Assembly: GCF_030144855.1 (NCBI RefSeq)
Contig: NC_082718.1
Span: forward strand, 91,512,001-91,576,000
From: Hypanus sabinus
Lineage: Eukaryota
Direction of reading: 5' to 3'
Length of the DNA stretch: 64,000 bases
Below are positions 23,501 to 35,699 of the stretch, piece by piece. The notes below the pieces were generated by a model, which made no database searches, had not been told where the DNA came from, and was given only the letters and a program-made list of their open reading frames with translations. Position 1 is the first letter of the stretch, and each line of letters opens with the position of its first letter. The position numbers and the translations under genes are program-made.

Positions 23501-26500
23501 GACAAATTATTTCAGGTTATATTGATAACATTTTTAAAATTGAATTCAATCTATAGGTTAAAAAATGAAACATTCACCTAGTAAATTTTGTCACGTACCT
23601 CGTGACTGGGTTAAAGAACCAGCAGAAATAGAAAATACATTGGAGTCTGGTATTACTATGAAATAATAGTGTTTATTAGTAACTAAGCAATACAATACAG
23701 TAATATAAATGCAAATATATTGAACAGGTTAGCAATGATATATATATATATGTGTGTATGTGTGTGGAAATAGGAACAAAACTAGGCTCTTTCAAATCTG
23801 GGGTAAATGGGTACAGTCTTACGATGTGATGAAGAGAGTTCTGTTCAGTTCGAGGTAGTTAGTTGAGTAACGTTGGAGAGAGAGAGAAAGAGGTGAGAGG
23901 TGATGGTGTCGATCTTCCTGTTGTCTTCCGAAGTCCTGTTGTGGTCACCGACTATGACCATAACACGTACGACCATTCTTCAGTGGTGGAATTATCACCC
24001 AGGCAAGGATGGACACAGAAATAATTCCCCACCGGTCGCACCTTTTCACATTCTGAGCCACTGATCGATTTTCCCCAATCAATCCTCCAAAACCCCACCT
24101 TCATGTGGGTGCAACAGAATTCGTTCAGTGTCCGAACCTGTGTGTCTCGTGGTGTGTCTCTCTGTGTAACAGCGGATCTGGCTTTTATCTCCACATGCTG
24201 GACACCAGCTGTCTCATCAACCTGCTCCCCCCTGCTCTCTGTGCAGGAACTTTAACAAGCAGGCGAGTGACATCAGGGAAAAGGTAAACAAGCTGGCAGA
24301 GAAACCATAACATCAATCTTTCAAGCATTTTCTGTCTCTCTCACTGCACTGGACGCCTCCCTCTCTCTCTCTCTCTCTTAATAGCAGCACAGTTCATAGG
24401 GTCTATTCTGGACCCTGTTTCAAACTAGGTTTTCCCATGACACCCCCTCCCTTTTAAGAAATTTTTATGAAGGAAAAATTTTAAAATAGCTGTATATTAC
24501 AGAGTTTGAAACAATACATAAGTAATCATCAGATAACAGAGTAAAACGGGTACAATTTTGAACTTAACATCTAGATAAACAATCGGCTATAATGTTGTCA
24601 GTACCTTTGACATGTCTAATCTCTAGGTCATATTCCTGCAATATCAGACTCCAATTCAACAACCTTCTGTTCTTATTTTTCATATTTGTCAGAAATACCA
24701 ACGGATTATGATCTGTGTAAACTATCAGTGGCTTCTGGGCAAGACAAATATAAACTTTGAAATGTTGTAATGCCAGAATAAGTGAGAGTAACTCTTTTTC
24801 CACAGTGGAATAATTTTTCTGGTGTACATTAAACTTCTTTGAGAAATAAGCCACTGGATGTTCAATGTCATCCACATCCTTTTACAGCAATACTGTCCCA
24901 GCAGCTTCGTCACTAGCGTCTGTTGCTGTAGAGAATGGTTTTGAAAAATAAGGTGCTTTGAGCACAGGATGATAACACAATATAGTTTTCAGTCATTCAA
25001 ATGCCTCCTGGCAAAGGTCAATCCATAAAAATCTCTCACTCTTCCCCAGGAGTTTTGTAAGGGGGAGAGCGCTATCTGCAAAGTTTTTACAGAACATCCG
25101 GTAATACCCCACCATTCCTAAAAACCTTCTCAAAGCTTTCTTGTTAGTCGGAACAGGAACCTCAGCAATAGCCTGTACCTTGGCTTGTACAGGAGCCAGT
25201 TGCCCCGACCTACCACATACCCCAGATACGTGACAGTGGCATGGCCGAATTCACTTTTAGCGAGGTTCACTGTTAGATTGGCCTCAGGCAGCTGTTTGAA
25301 CTTTTTTCACAGCCAAAATATGCTCTTCCCATGCGTCACTCCGGACCACTAAATCATCGATATAAGCCCCTGTGTTTTCTAACTCTCTAATTACTGAGTC
25401 AATCATTCTTTGAAATGTCCCTGGAGCATTTTTCATTCTGAAAGGTAAAACATTATATTCATACAGCCCTGAAGGTGTGACAAACACTGAGATTTCTCTA
25501 GCCCTTTCAGTCAAAGGAACACACCAATATCCTTTCAGCAAGTCAGTTTTTGTGAGGTATTTAGCTTTTCCCACTTTATCAATACAATCACCTACTCTCG
25601 GGATCTGTCTTAGTTACTGCATTAACTTTCCTGTAATCAGTACAGAATCTCATACCCCTATCCGATGTAGGGACAATCACGCACGGTGAAGCCCAGTCTG
25701 AAGTGGTTGGCCTAATCATGCCAGCTGCTAGCATGTATTCAATTTCTTTTTCCACCAACTTAACTTTTCTCTAAATTCATTCCATAGGGATCTTGTTTAA
25801 TGGGCTGGGCTGAATTTACAATGATGTCATGCACCGCAGCCATGCACGGTCTTAGAATGTCAGGGAATAAACCTTTATACTTGTTAATTAAACTCTTCAG
25901 TTGTTTTTGCTGCTTTGACTGCAAATGTTGAATCTTCCCACCAAGATTTTTCAAAACATCGGACTTTCTGAGTCTTGTGAAAGCTACAGGGAGTTCATTA
26001 AAATGATCTGGTATTTCAGTACCAGACACTACAATCTCCTCCGTTGTCATAACAGTACTCACTGGTGCAGGGTCAGGGTCATGATAACACTTGATCATAT
26101 TTACGTTCTGATCTGACCATTGCTCTCTGAGTAAGGTCAAAAGTGACACAATATGCTTAGCTCTCAACTCTTTAACTATCCCCTGGAATGTTTTCCAAGT
26201 AAAGTTACTACCCTGGACAGATTGGATTTCTTTAGGTAGACCTGCCAGTGCGGAAAATTTGATAAGTGCTTTTACCACAGTCTTGGCCTTGATGTTCCAG
26301 AGGGGCACCATTCCATGGAACCTAGACACAGCACACACGATAATTAACAGATACTTGTACCCAGCTGCAGTCTTTGGCAATGGGCCCACTCAATCCACTA
26401 TGACCCTGGAAAATGGGTCACCAAAAACAGGTATCGGCCTAAATGGTGCTGCTGGGATCTCCTGATTAGGTTTTCCTGCACCCTGACAGGTGTGGCAAGT

Positions 26501-29500
26501 CCTGCAGAAGTTTACAACATCCTTCCTTAAATTAGGCCAGTAGAATTCCTTCATAATTCTATTTACTGTCTTTCTCACTTCAAATTGCCCACCTAAAGAC
26601 ATACTATGAGCCACGTTTAAAATCTCAGCCCTGTAAACTTTCAGGACCACCTCTTGATGTTCAATAGCCCAATCCTTACTTGCAGGCACAGTAGGTGGCC
26701 TCCACTTTCTCAGTAACACCCCATCCTTAAGGTAATACCCTACTGACTCTCTCTGAACCTCCTCTTCCGTGAGAGCTGTCTCCTTTAATGCAGCAATTTC
26801 AGAATCTGGACTTTGTTCTGCTATTAATTCATCCCTGGACAAGGACAAACCTATCTCATCCTCCTCCCTCTCCTCAGCCTTACTCCCCAAATCCTGATGT
26901 AACATTAAAGGTAGAAAAGTCTCTGACAAATTCCCATAAATTAAATCCCTGTCTTTTCTAACTGCGTCAGTATCTGTGTGTGTCAGTATCTAACAAGCTT
27001 GCTTGTTAGCTGTACTGCTGAATAAACTTCACCCTGGATAGGTGCCAATCTATCACTTAAGCTTACCAAACTCAGCACCATCACTAAGCTTACGAAGACC
27101 ATGTTTACATTCTGAAAGTTTCTGAACAACCCATCGATTCTGTTTTTCTGACTCATACTTCGATTCATCTCCATAGTAACCCAGTCAGGTGGTCTCTCAA
27201 AACCAAAACTTAACTTTTCTCCTCACGTCAGTATTGTGAAAAACAGCTCTACGACCTTGCAGCTGCTTACTTCCAGATGCGAAAATAAAATTCAACAGAG
27301 TTTCACATATTTTCTTAACAGGCCATTGTCCTGCAAGCAGGGTCAAAGGTTGCAAAACCAGTCCAAACTTCTCAAGTTCTTTATTTAAAAATCCAGTAAC
27401 AGCACCTTTCTCACTATTGTCCATAAAATTCACATCACCAACTTTTAGGACACTGTCTAACACGAATGACTGAGAATCCTCAATTTCCACTGGCACCAAG
27501 GTTAACCCTTCATTCATTGAACCAAGTCCATCTGACACAAAAAAACTGCATTCTTTTTCAACCGAGTCTGACAACTCAAACCTTAGCTGAGTTTCAACAA
27601 CCTGGAAATCCACAGATGCTTCAAAAACCTGAACACAGGCAAATGGGACAGCTGCCTCTTCTAGGCTTTCAATACCAGTCCCAGTTTCAAATTCTGGGTT
27701 CCCCTGATCCTCCCAGCTACTCTCTGGGCAACTCCTATCCGGAGTAAACTCAACCTTCTGGGTTAAAACAACCTTGTCTGCCAACCCAGCAGACTCCCGC
27801 AAGGTAGTGACATCCTTTTCATCTCAGAATGCCCTTACATCATTGGGAACACACTTAAATTCTTTAATTATAACCAGCTCTTTCAAGCTATAAAAATCAC
27901 CAGGGTCCAACACTGGACCTCCAGCTGCCACATCTCCCTCTCAAATTGTCTCTGACTTTCTTCTTCCTCTCTCTGTTTCCTTGCTTCTTCTCTCTGTCTT
28001 TCTGCCTCCTCAGCCTCCAGCTGTTTTACTAGTAACTCAAACTCATGCTGTTGCGCTCTTTGCTTCTCCTCAGCCTCGATCCTTAATCTTTCCATCTGAA
28101 ACTGTGTCTCAAACCTGCTAGGTTTACTTTCAGGAAACAACTCCAACTCCTGTACTTTAAACACTCCCTCAGATACATAAAACTCGGCTATGACCCTCTG
28201 CATCTGTGACATCCTCATTGTCGACTTCACCTTCGAATGTTTCAACCTTTTTGCAATATTCAACAGCTCTAAATTTTTGGCGTCCTCTAATGCCTCAGAG
28301 GTTGGCTCCTCCAAAAATTTATCAACCTCCATTTCTGCTGTTTTTCCACACAACCAAATCAAATAAGGGAATTTCCTCAATCAATTCAAACAAGCCCCCA
28401 CACAATTTTGTTCAAATCCCTGACGCAGGCCCCAATTTTGTCACATACCTCATGACTGAGTTAAAGAACCAGCAGAAATAGAAAATACATTGGAGTCTGG
28501 TATTACTATGAACTAATAGTGTTTATTAGTAACTAAGCAATATAGTAATATAAATGCAAATATATTGAACAGGTTAGCAATGATATATATATATGTGTGT
28601 GTGTGTGTGGAAATAGGAACAAAACTAGACTGTTTCAAACCTAGGGGTAAATGGGTACAGTCTTACGATGTGATGAAGAAAGTTCTGTTCAGTTCGAGGT
28701 AGTTAGCTGAGTAACGTTGGAGAGAGAGAGAAAGAGGTGAGAGGTGATGCCGTCGATCTTCCCATTGTCTTCCGAAGTCCTGTTGTGGTCACCGACTATG
28801 ACCATAACACGTACGACCATTCTTCAGTGGTGGAATTATCACCCAGACAAGGATGGACACACAAATAATTCCCCACCAGTTACACCTTTTCACATTCTGA
28901 GCCACTGATCGATTTCCCCCAATCAATCCTCCAAAACCCCACCTTCATGTGGGTGCAACAGAATTCATTCAATGTCCGAACCTGTGTGTCTCGTGGTGTG
29001 TCTCTCTGTATAACAGCGGACCTGGCTTTTATCTCCACATGCTGGACACCAGTTGTCCATCAACCTGCTCCGCCCTGCTCTCTGTGCAGGAACTTTAACA
29101 AGTGACCTTGGGGAAAAGGTAAACAAGCTGGCAGAGAAACCATAACATCAGTCTTTCGAGCAGTTTCTCATTGCGCTGGTCGCCTCCCTCTCTCTCTATC
29201 TTAATAGCAGCACAGTTCATATGATCTATTCTGGACCCCGTTTCAAACTAGGTTTCCCCATGGCAATTTGGAGTCTGATTTGTTCTTGCAATAATGGGTA
29301 ATTTAAATTCATGTATTTCTTTGGTTTACTATAGTAATTTTTTTTACAGAAACCCATAAGCATTACAGTTACTCGAAACGGACAGAATGTTCATCTCAGC
29401 CTCACGCCTCAGCGATGGAGTGGAAGGGGATTGTTGGGGTATGTTTTTTTATTACATTAAGATAACTGATTGAAAATTGATAATGATTAAATGAATAAGT

Positions 29501-30966
29501 ACTTATGTCTTTCATGCATGCAGGTTTTTGGTCTTAATGGCAGGACTGAAAGAGTGATGATTCTCATTGGGATACCTGATTCTTACTGCTTAGGAGCAAA
29601 GACACCAATAGTCAGTTCAATGTGTTTTCGTATATTATCAAAAAGTAATGAATACACTAAAATTCTCCAACAATCTTGGTTCTCACATAAAATGATTCCT
29701 AATCGCTAATTTGGATTTTTAATTCTTTACTTATGTGTAGTTTACTGAGAAATGACATGAAACCGAATTTAAGAGTATTTCAATTGCCTTTTGTCTTTGT
29801 TCCTTTTTAAAATTAATTTTAAAAGAAGCATATTTTATAAGGAACTCTTTGCTGATGATATTTACCATGTGATCACAGATGGGAAAGGATTGAGAGGATT
29901 TGTCCCTATCATTCCTTCCACTTTTTTTAGTGATTAATATTGGGGTTAGCAATGGCAAGAATTAATTCTTAAATATGGCTCCTTAAATCTTATGATGTGT
30001 GGGTTTCCCAGAGCTGAGAAACTTAGCAATGGAAAAAAATAGCTGAAACATTTAGCTGCACTGTTTAAGGCTCTTGAGACCTAAAAGACAGCTGTGATTC
30101 GAATCAAAGATGCATTCTAGAGACTAGAGCACTGCAGTAGCCTGTCAAGAGTATTTTCATTCAAACACTAATACCAGCTGATTGTTTTGTAATCCCAAAG
30201 CATTGTTTCAAAGAGGATCTGAGGATTTACTGCCATACTCTAGATCAGAGGTTCCCAACCTTTTTTATGCCTTTGACTCCTATTACCATTAGGAGCCCCT
30301 GTACTAGAAATGTATATATTGCTCAACCGACACTTTTAAAAATATTTATTTGTTTCTCTGTTGCTATTTGTAAGGGTTTTCAATGTACAAATCTGTTGCT
30401 GAAGTTCATTCATTATAACATGGATCACACTTCAAACCTGTTTCAGTCGCTGTAACATACTTTGGTATGTTCCAGGAATGTGTAAATTTGTATTTCTCTC
30501 TTGCAGACCAAGAGGATTGGGAGTATATTCCACAATCTCTCCATGAAGTGCCTGCCTTCCCTTTGCCCTTTACAATCTCTGTCTCTCCCTAGTGGTGGCT
30601 TTATTTGCTGCAATCTTTTGCCAACATCTACTGGCCAAAATCAGTGGGTTCCTTCCCCATTTGCTAGGGTCTATCCTCTGGGTTCTTAAGTGTGGCTTTC
30701 TGCAAAATTTGTACAGTTGGTCAAAAGCTACATTGGGTTTTTGGCTTTGTGCAATATATTTAAAACTGGCTACTTTATCTTCAGCCCATCAGTACAGCAC
30801 AGTTGCAATTCTGATAGCAGAGGGTAAATTTTCAAATATTTTAATTTGTATGTAAAAATGTAGGCTAAGACAAGTCTATCACAGAAGTGTATTTAAAATT
30901 TGAGCAAAAAAATTCACAATCAATTTCTCCTTTTCCAGATGCAATATTGTTCCTTTGCAGAAGTGA
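14392..30966 (+). CDS. PSMD9: 26S proteasome non-ATPase regulatory subunit 9 (p27/Nas2), complete 6-exon gene, 208 aa: join(14392..14502,19513..19615,20447..20640,22119..22220,29350..29438,30939..30966)
   Basis: Spliced product has the Nas2_N signature [48 protein letters not shown] and the PDZ domain [29 protein letters not shown]...[19 protein letters not shown]. All introns GT-AG, 627 nt total; lies upstream of CFAP251 as in human. Confidence 0.97.
14925..15411 (-). mobile_element. Second, partial copy of the Tc1-derived non-autonomous element
   Basis: Collinear with 9497-9655 plus 12034-12333; ends GTACCTAATAAAGTGGCCACTAAGTG. Confidence 0.75.
15425..16100 (+). mobile_element. Degraded CR1 LINE 3' fragment
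   Basis: Similar to the reverse complement of 43853-44812. Confidence 0.7.
16165..16555 (-). mobile_element. SINE-like repeat
   Basis: Internal CCCTTGGGCAAGG core and GGCAAACCACTTCTGTA motif of SINE families with LINE-derived tails; family not assigned. Confidence 0.45.
16743..18449 (-). mobile_element. Rex1/Babar-like LINE, 5'-truncated, RT pseudogene
   Basis: [53 protein letters not shown] motifs across ORFs 17650-18147, 17283-17657 and 16940-17173; (CTGATT) tail. Confidence 0.9.
19130..19345 (+). mobile_element. tRNA-derived SINE, internally deleted
   Basis: Head like 49577; 3' part shared with 5180-5305. Confidence 0.55.
19513..19615 (+). CDS. PSMD9: PSMD9 exon 2
   Basis: [34 protein letters not shown]; ttttag / gtaagc. 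Confidence 0.95.
19783..19818 (+). ncRNA. Minimal hammerhead ribozyme motif (Penelope pLTR 19772-19882) in PSMD9 intron 2
   Basis: AGTC-CTGACGA-A-GGGTC.TT.GGTCT-GAAA-CGTC-GAC; core intact, short stem I GTC/GAC. Confidence 0.62.
20447..20640 (+). CDS. PSMD9: PSMD9 exon 3
   Basis: [18 protein letters not shown]...SPGSPASMS; donor gtaagt. Confidence 0.95.
21271..21370 (+). mobile_element. Penelope pLTR fragment with partly degenerate hammerhead
   Basis: GTCCTGAAGAAGGGTCTCTGTCTGAAACATCAACTG followed by the ATAGATGCTGC...TTTTGTGTG family tail. Confidence 0.65.
22119..22220 (+). CDS. PSMD9: PSMD9 exon 4
   Basis: [34 protein letters not shown]; ttctag / gtgagt. Confidence 0.95.
23275..23475 (+). 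mobile_element. HE1/V-SINE-like SINE 3' two-thirds
   Basis: GGGTGCTCCAGTTTCCTCCCAC core and (TAAA)n tail as at 49577-49870. Confidence 0.7.
23589..24442 (-). repeat. 3' LTR (854 bp)
   Basis: TGTCACG...CATGACA; abuts the PPT (plus strand CCCCCTCCCTTT from 24443); direct repeat of 28439-29265. Confidence 0.93.
24564..26929 (-). pseudogene. Gypsy pol remnants: integrase (H2C2 plus core), RT, RNase H
   Basis: [10 protein letters not shown]...CRTCHTCQ and [14 protein letters not shown] (integrase, 25760-26929); [31 protein letters not shown] (RT, 25284-25574); [32 protein letters not shown] (RNase H, 24564-24875); stops and frameshifts throughout. Confidence 0.9.
27197..28332 (-). pseudogene. 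Gag remnant with coiled-coil N-terminus and SCAN-like capsid C-terminal half
   Basis: ORF 27883-28380 ([15 protein letters not shown]..., E/R/Q-rich), then [41 protein letters not shown] at ~27757-27882. Confidence 0.7.
28410..28435 (-). other. Primer binding site, tRNA-Pro-like
   Basis: Plus strand GTTCAAATCCCTGACGCAGGCCCCA resembles the tRNA-Pro 3' end GTTCAAATCCCGGACGAGCCCCCA. Confidence 0.7.
28439..29265 (-). repeat. 5' LTR (827 bp)
   Basis: TGTCACA...CATGGCA; adjacent to the PBS. Confidence 0.93.
29350..29438 (+). CDS. PSMD9: PSMD9 exon 5
   Basis: [30 protein letters not shown]; ttacag / gtatgt. Confidence 0.95.
30246..30301. mobile_element. Short hAT MITE related to 4704-4785
   Basis: CAGAGGTTCCCAACCTTTTTTATGC...GGAGCCCCTG flanked by CTCTAGAT / TACTAGAA. 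Confidence 0.55.
30939..30966 (+). CDS. PSMD9: PSMD9 exon 6 (CNIVPLQK*)
   Basis: ttttccag acceptor; phase-2 join gives GCNIVPLQK-stop; AATAAA at 31082-31087 downstream. Confidence 0.92.
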
Positions 30967-32069
30967 ATATCATTGATTCCCATTGAAAACTTATTCAACT
31001 GCAAATTGTACGCTGTTATGAAAACAGGAGCAAAGTTGGGTCTTGAAATATTAGAATAGTTACTTCTGTTATGGGTTTTGAAATAAATCCAAATTGAATT
31101 TGAATAAGAATTTTTTTTGAAACTGCTATATCTTTAACTTGTATAAGGATTTTTTTCATATATTTTTATTTTTTGGATTTAATTATAAATTCTTTCATCA
31201 TTTTTGTTATAATTTCATTCTTTAGCTAAACTGGTATTGAGGATGTGATTTATTATAATTAAACACTTGGCATGAAGTGATTGAAAAGTTAAGTTTGACT
31301 TCTGCTTGTTATTACTTTTCTTCCACTCCAATATGAAGAAAAGACAATATCTAATTCCAGTCAAGGATGATAGTTAAGCTCACATAATGGGATGTTGAGT
31401 TCAAATATTTTAGTAATTTTTGGATGTTGATGATGATCTATTCTTGTTTTGATTAATTAAATTAAAATTTAATGCATGCACTTATTACATGTTGAAAATG
31501 AAATTGTAATTTTTAAAAAAAGAAATTGGTAATATTTAGTTTTTGGACTTTGATATGTGTTAAGCATCACAAAAGTTTGATGTGACTATGCTTTGTTATT
31601 CTGTTTAAATGTATGGGATCTTTACACTTTAAAGTCCTGAATATTCAAGTGAATATAAGTAGTGTTGAGGAATCAAATGCTAAACAATTTAAAAATAAAA
31701 ATAAATATTTATGTTAATTTGTTAGCATTAATGTCTACCTTAACTATTTATTTGAAATATGGGGTTCTTTGGTCAGCCAAAAGGTGCTGCTAAATCATTA
31801 TTTATCCAGTTATATACTGCTCTCTTTCCTTTCAATAAGAATAATATAGTTTTTAGTTTTTGCATATGTTTATAGATCTAATCTTGTTCCCCAAACTCTA
31901 GTTAATCTAACACATTGTGGATCATGTAATATCACTGTGCAATTTTCTAGATCTTATGCAGAATAATTTTTCAATTTTTTTGAGAAAGCTTAAGTTTGTT
32001 TGAGCATCTAGTGTTTATTCACAAGATGAAACTATTCAGATCAAGGGCAATATAAATAAGGAAAAAATA

Positions 32070-32810
32070 GACCCAAGCAATTCTGCAGATGCTGGAAATC
32101 TTGAGAACCACACATTGAGTGCTGGAGTAACACAGCAAGCCAGGCAATATGTTTGGAGGGGAATAAACAGTCAATGTTTTGGGCAAAGACTCTTCATCAG
32201 TACTGAAAAGGAAGGTGGCAGAAACTAGAATGAGAAGATGGGGGAAGGGGAGGGGTACAAGCTGGCAGGATAGATGAGATCAGGTGAGGGGAAAGTGGGT
32301 GGTTGTGGGAGGGGGAATGAAGTTAGAAGCTGGGAGGCAGAAGAGGTAAAGGTCTGAAGAAGAAGGAACCTGATAGGAGAGGACAATGAGGAGAACTAAA
32401 GGGAGGTGAGGGTAACCAAAATGGGGAATAGGAGAAGAGAGAAATGGGAGGGTGATTACCAGAAGTTAGAGAAATCAATTACCAGAAATTACCAGAAGTT
32501 AGAGAAATCAATGTTCATGCCATCAGGATGGAGGTTATCCAGATGGAAACTGAGGTGTTGGCCTCATCATGTCAATAGAGGAGACCATGGCCAGATGCAT
32601 CAGAATGGGAATGAAAGGGCAAAGTGGAGGTGCTTGATGAAGTGGTCCCCCAATCTGTGTCTGCTCTCATTGCTGTAGAGGAGTGTGTACTGGAGGCACC
32701 AGATACAAAAGATGACCCTGACATCCTCACAGATGAAGTGTCACCTCACCTGGAAGGACTGTTTAGGGCCCTGAATTGTGGTGTGAGAAGAGCTGTAGGA
32801 GCAGTGTAGC
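32070..32810 (-). mobile_element. Penelope-like element 3' fragment (GIY-YIG remnant plus pLTR with degenerate hammerhead)
   Basis: Minus strand reads TIQGPKQSFQVR*HFICEDVRVIFCIWC; tail includes CAGTACTGATGAAGAGTCTTTGCCCAAAACATTGACTG (32168-32205). Confidence 0.72.
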
Positions 32811-33540
32811 AATCTTATTTACAGGGATAATTTCAGCATTAGATTTTATACAATCCTTGCATTCATTGTAGATAGTAAATTAGAAATAAGCATAGTTAAT
32901 TTCAAACCTGGATCCCAAACATTCATTTGGACCTACTGTTACCAATTCCTTTATCTGTTTCATTAATCATATGTTTCCTAAAACCTCCCTTCACAACTTT
33001 CCTTAAGGTGCTGTTCTCAACCAGAAATTTGATTTACAGTAGTACCAGACAGCACAATCTTTTAAAAAAAATATGCTGTTTGTTTAGTGATGAGATCATG
33101 ATAAACTAGTTACTAGATTTTAGAATTTAGTTATGATTGCCAGTTCAGAGGTGTGTTTTTTCTTTTGAAAGAGGAAGAGCAAGTTGTTTACAATCCAACA
33201 CATGCAAATGCTGGTGCGTTTAACTGAAGATTTCAGTTTAATTTAAATGTCTCCATTCAGTATTGATATTGATTAGAACTGTCACATGACTGATAACATA
33301 GAAGGAGCCTGTGTGTCAACTCCTGTCTGTGGTAGCAGTTTGAAAAAGTAATCCTGTGTAATCCCACAGCCAAGCCTTTTTCCAGTATGGATGGATGGAT
33401 GGTGAATGGTGATATTCTTGTTTCTCATCCAGCTGTTTGCCATTTATTTTAAAAATGAATTTCATTTTGCATCTCCTTTCAGAGGGAAATGGTTATTACT
33501 TTTTGGTTATTAAAACTGTATTTAATTTTGATTAAATGCA

Positions 33541-33672
33541 TCCTGATGAAGGGCCTTAGCCTAAAATGCTGACTGTTTATTCATTACCATTGTTGCTCTC
33601 TGACCTGCTGAGTTCCTCCAACACTTTGTATGTGTTACTTTAGATTTCCAGCATCTGCAGCATCTCTTGTGA
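33541..33672 (+). mobile_element. Penelope pLTR fragment, degenerate hammerhead
   Basis: CCTGATGAAGGGCC...GACTGTTTATTC...GATTTCCAGCATCTGCAG. Confidence 0.65.
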
Positions 33673-35699
33673 TTTTAATTTTGATTGTGTTGGATTTCTA
33701 AAAATGCAGCACTCCTTAGTTCAACTTTATAATTTCAATCTAGATTAATATTAAATCCCAGGGAGTTACATTTTCTGATTGAAGCAAGGTTATGCCAACT
33801 TGTGGTGCAATGACTTATTCAAATATCTTATGGGTTATTATGAAATTTGTTGCTGTGTTAGAAATCCCCAAATTGGAAATGGTACCAGATTTTCATCCGT
33901 TTGAATTTGTGTACATTAAGTGTTTGAAGATAATATTCTGAAGTCCCTTGGAGATGCTCAGCTGCAAGATATATAAATTTATCAATTTTGACTGAAATAA
34001 GTTAAAACTTAAATGTTAATTTTAACCAGACTTGGTTACCTCTGGTAATGGTTGTTTACAGTGTTTTACTAGCCATCATTTAATCCTAAATTTCCACATT
34101 GCCATTGTTAATGCAAAATTTAATCAGAATGAAAGTACTAAAACTTACAAAAAAAGTATAGATGACCTTGTAGTTTGGCAGATGATTTATTGAAGGACAT
34201 TTGACGTACATACTGTATATCTAATTACTGGATTAATTTATGTACAAATTGGTTATTTGTATATGGTGTCTCGTGGGTAAATCGTTAACTGTTGGTCAGT
34301 TACATACTGTTTCAAAGTTGCCCTTTTTTTTCAGAGGCATCCTTTGCACATCATGCAAATATAATCAAATTATTTGCTTTAATTTGCAAACGGACAATCC
34401 ATTTTCATAAAAGTAGCTAGAAGGTGAAGCCATATAAATATATGTTGTATTTAAACATTAAAAAAAATATATCATCTATCCAGGAACTTGCACTGAAACA
34501 TTCTTGCATCTGGTATTAAAACAGATAACCCCCTTTTAGCCCCCATTGTTAATAATTGATGGAGTACAGCTGTATAAATTGAGTCCTGTGTGACTTATTT
34601 AGTGTTTCCAGGATTTTATCTGCATATTGTTCAGTTCACTGCAGTCCTCATGGCAAAGAATTCCCTGAACCCAACAACAGAAGACTTGAGGAATACACTG
34701 CATTTACCAACACTCCCAGACTTACCCCGCCAACCTCAAGTAGGTGGATGCCCACTCAGTGGGTCGGGGAGTGACGCAGTTAAGTCAAGCCAACATTTGA
34801 TCAGAATCAGGTTTATTATCACTGGCATGTGATGTGAAATTTGTTATTCCAATTAATATTAGCATGACATTAGTTATTGTTAATATACAATCCTTAGGCA
34901 AACAGTTCATTGTGGTTTAACCCATTTCATCTGCCTACTACACATTGGCATGAGATTTTAAACACTAGTCCTTATCCATAAAGCCTTTGCAGTGTTTGCA
35001 TCCAAGTTCAGCGTGTCCCAGATCAGAAGACATCTTTCATTAAGTGCTCCAGCAGTCATTGATCCCTAGATTTTTCTCAATGGCAATAAGTGTATATGGC
35101 ACAGAGTTCTGTGTTAAACAGTTGCATGGACAGATTTTCCAGATCTTCTTGCAAAGTCATTCTAGAAGAGGTGGACAAAGGTTTTCTTAATTGTCTTAAG
35201 GTTTTCTTGTAATATGGCTGTTAAATGAAAGTTGGCCATTTTCAACATTAGGAAAGCAAAGTCTTGGTACTTGCTTAAAAGGTTTGCTGATGACGCGTTC
35301 TGTCAAATGAATCGAATGTCCATTTTATGATTGTGTGTGACTGGTGAAGTTTAAAGCGATGATTCACTCCTGCCCCGCTGTCATTATATAGCGGTGGTAG
35401 TAGTGAAAAAGCCACGTGGGGTTGAATGTAATGCGCCCTGTTAATGCATGTTATATTACTGCGGTTCAGTGATGACGGAAATTAATTAAGGTAGCAGGAA
35501 AGTTGCCCATTTGGGATATTCCACGAAGAAAACCACTTGTTTCCTCACGTCTCCAGTTATGAAGAAGAGTCATTCTCTACGCACGCCGAGTTTTTCCACC
35601 ACTTTTGTGTATTTATTTTAGATTTCTGCCGTTTGTTTAAAACGAATCAATCACTTTAATTGCTAACTGTTGTTTATCCGGTTTCTTTTACTGTATCTC

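Larger units (their letters stand above)
23589..29265 (-). mobile_element. Gmr1-like Ty3/Gypsy LTR retrotransposon, both LTRs present, internally deleted and degenerate, in PSMD9 intron 4
   Basis: Two TG..CA LTRs, 4-bp TSD ATTT (23585-23588, 29266-29269), tRNA-Pro-like PBS, polypurine tract; minus-strand order gag, integrase, RT, RNase H. Confidence 0.93.

Noticed and set aside
34080-34520. AT-rich unique stretch with an octamer ATGCAAAT as a possible snRNA locus or conserved element
   Set aside because: No recognisable snRNA or snoRNA body; the motif is expected by chance and conservation cannot be assessed here.
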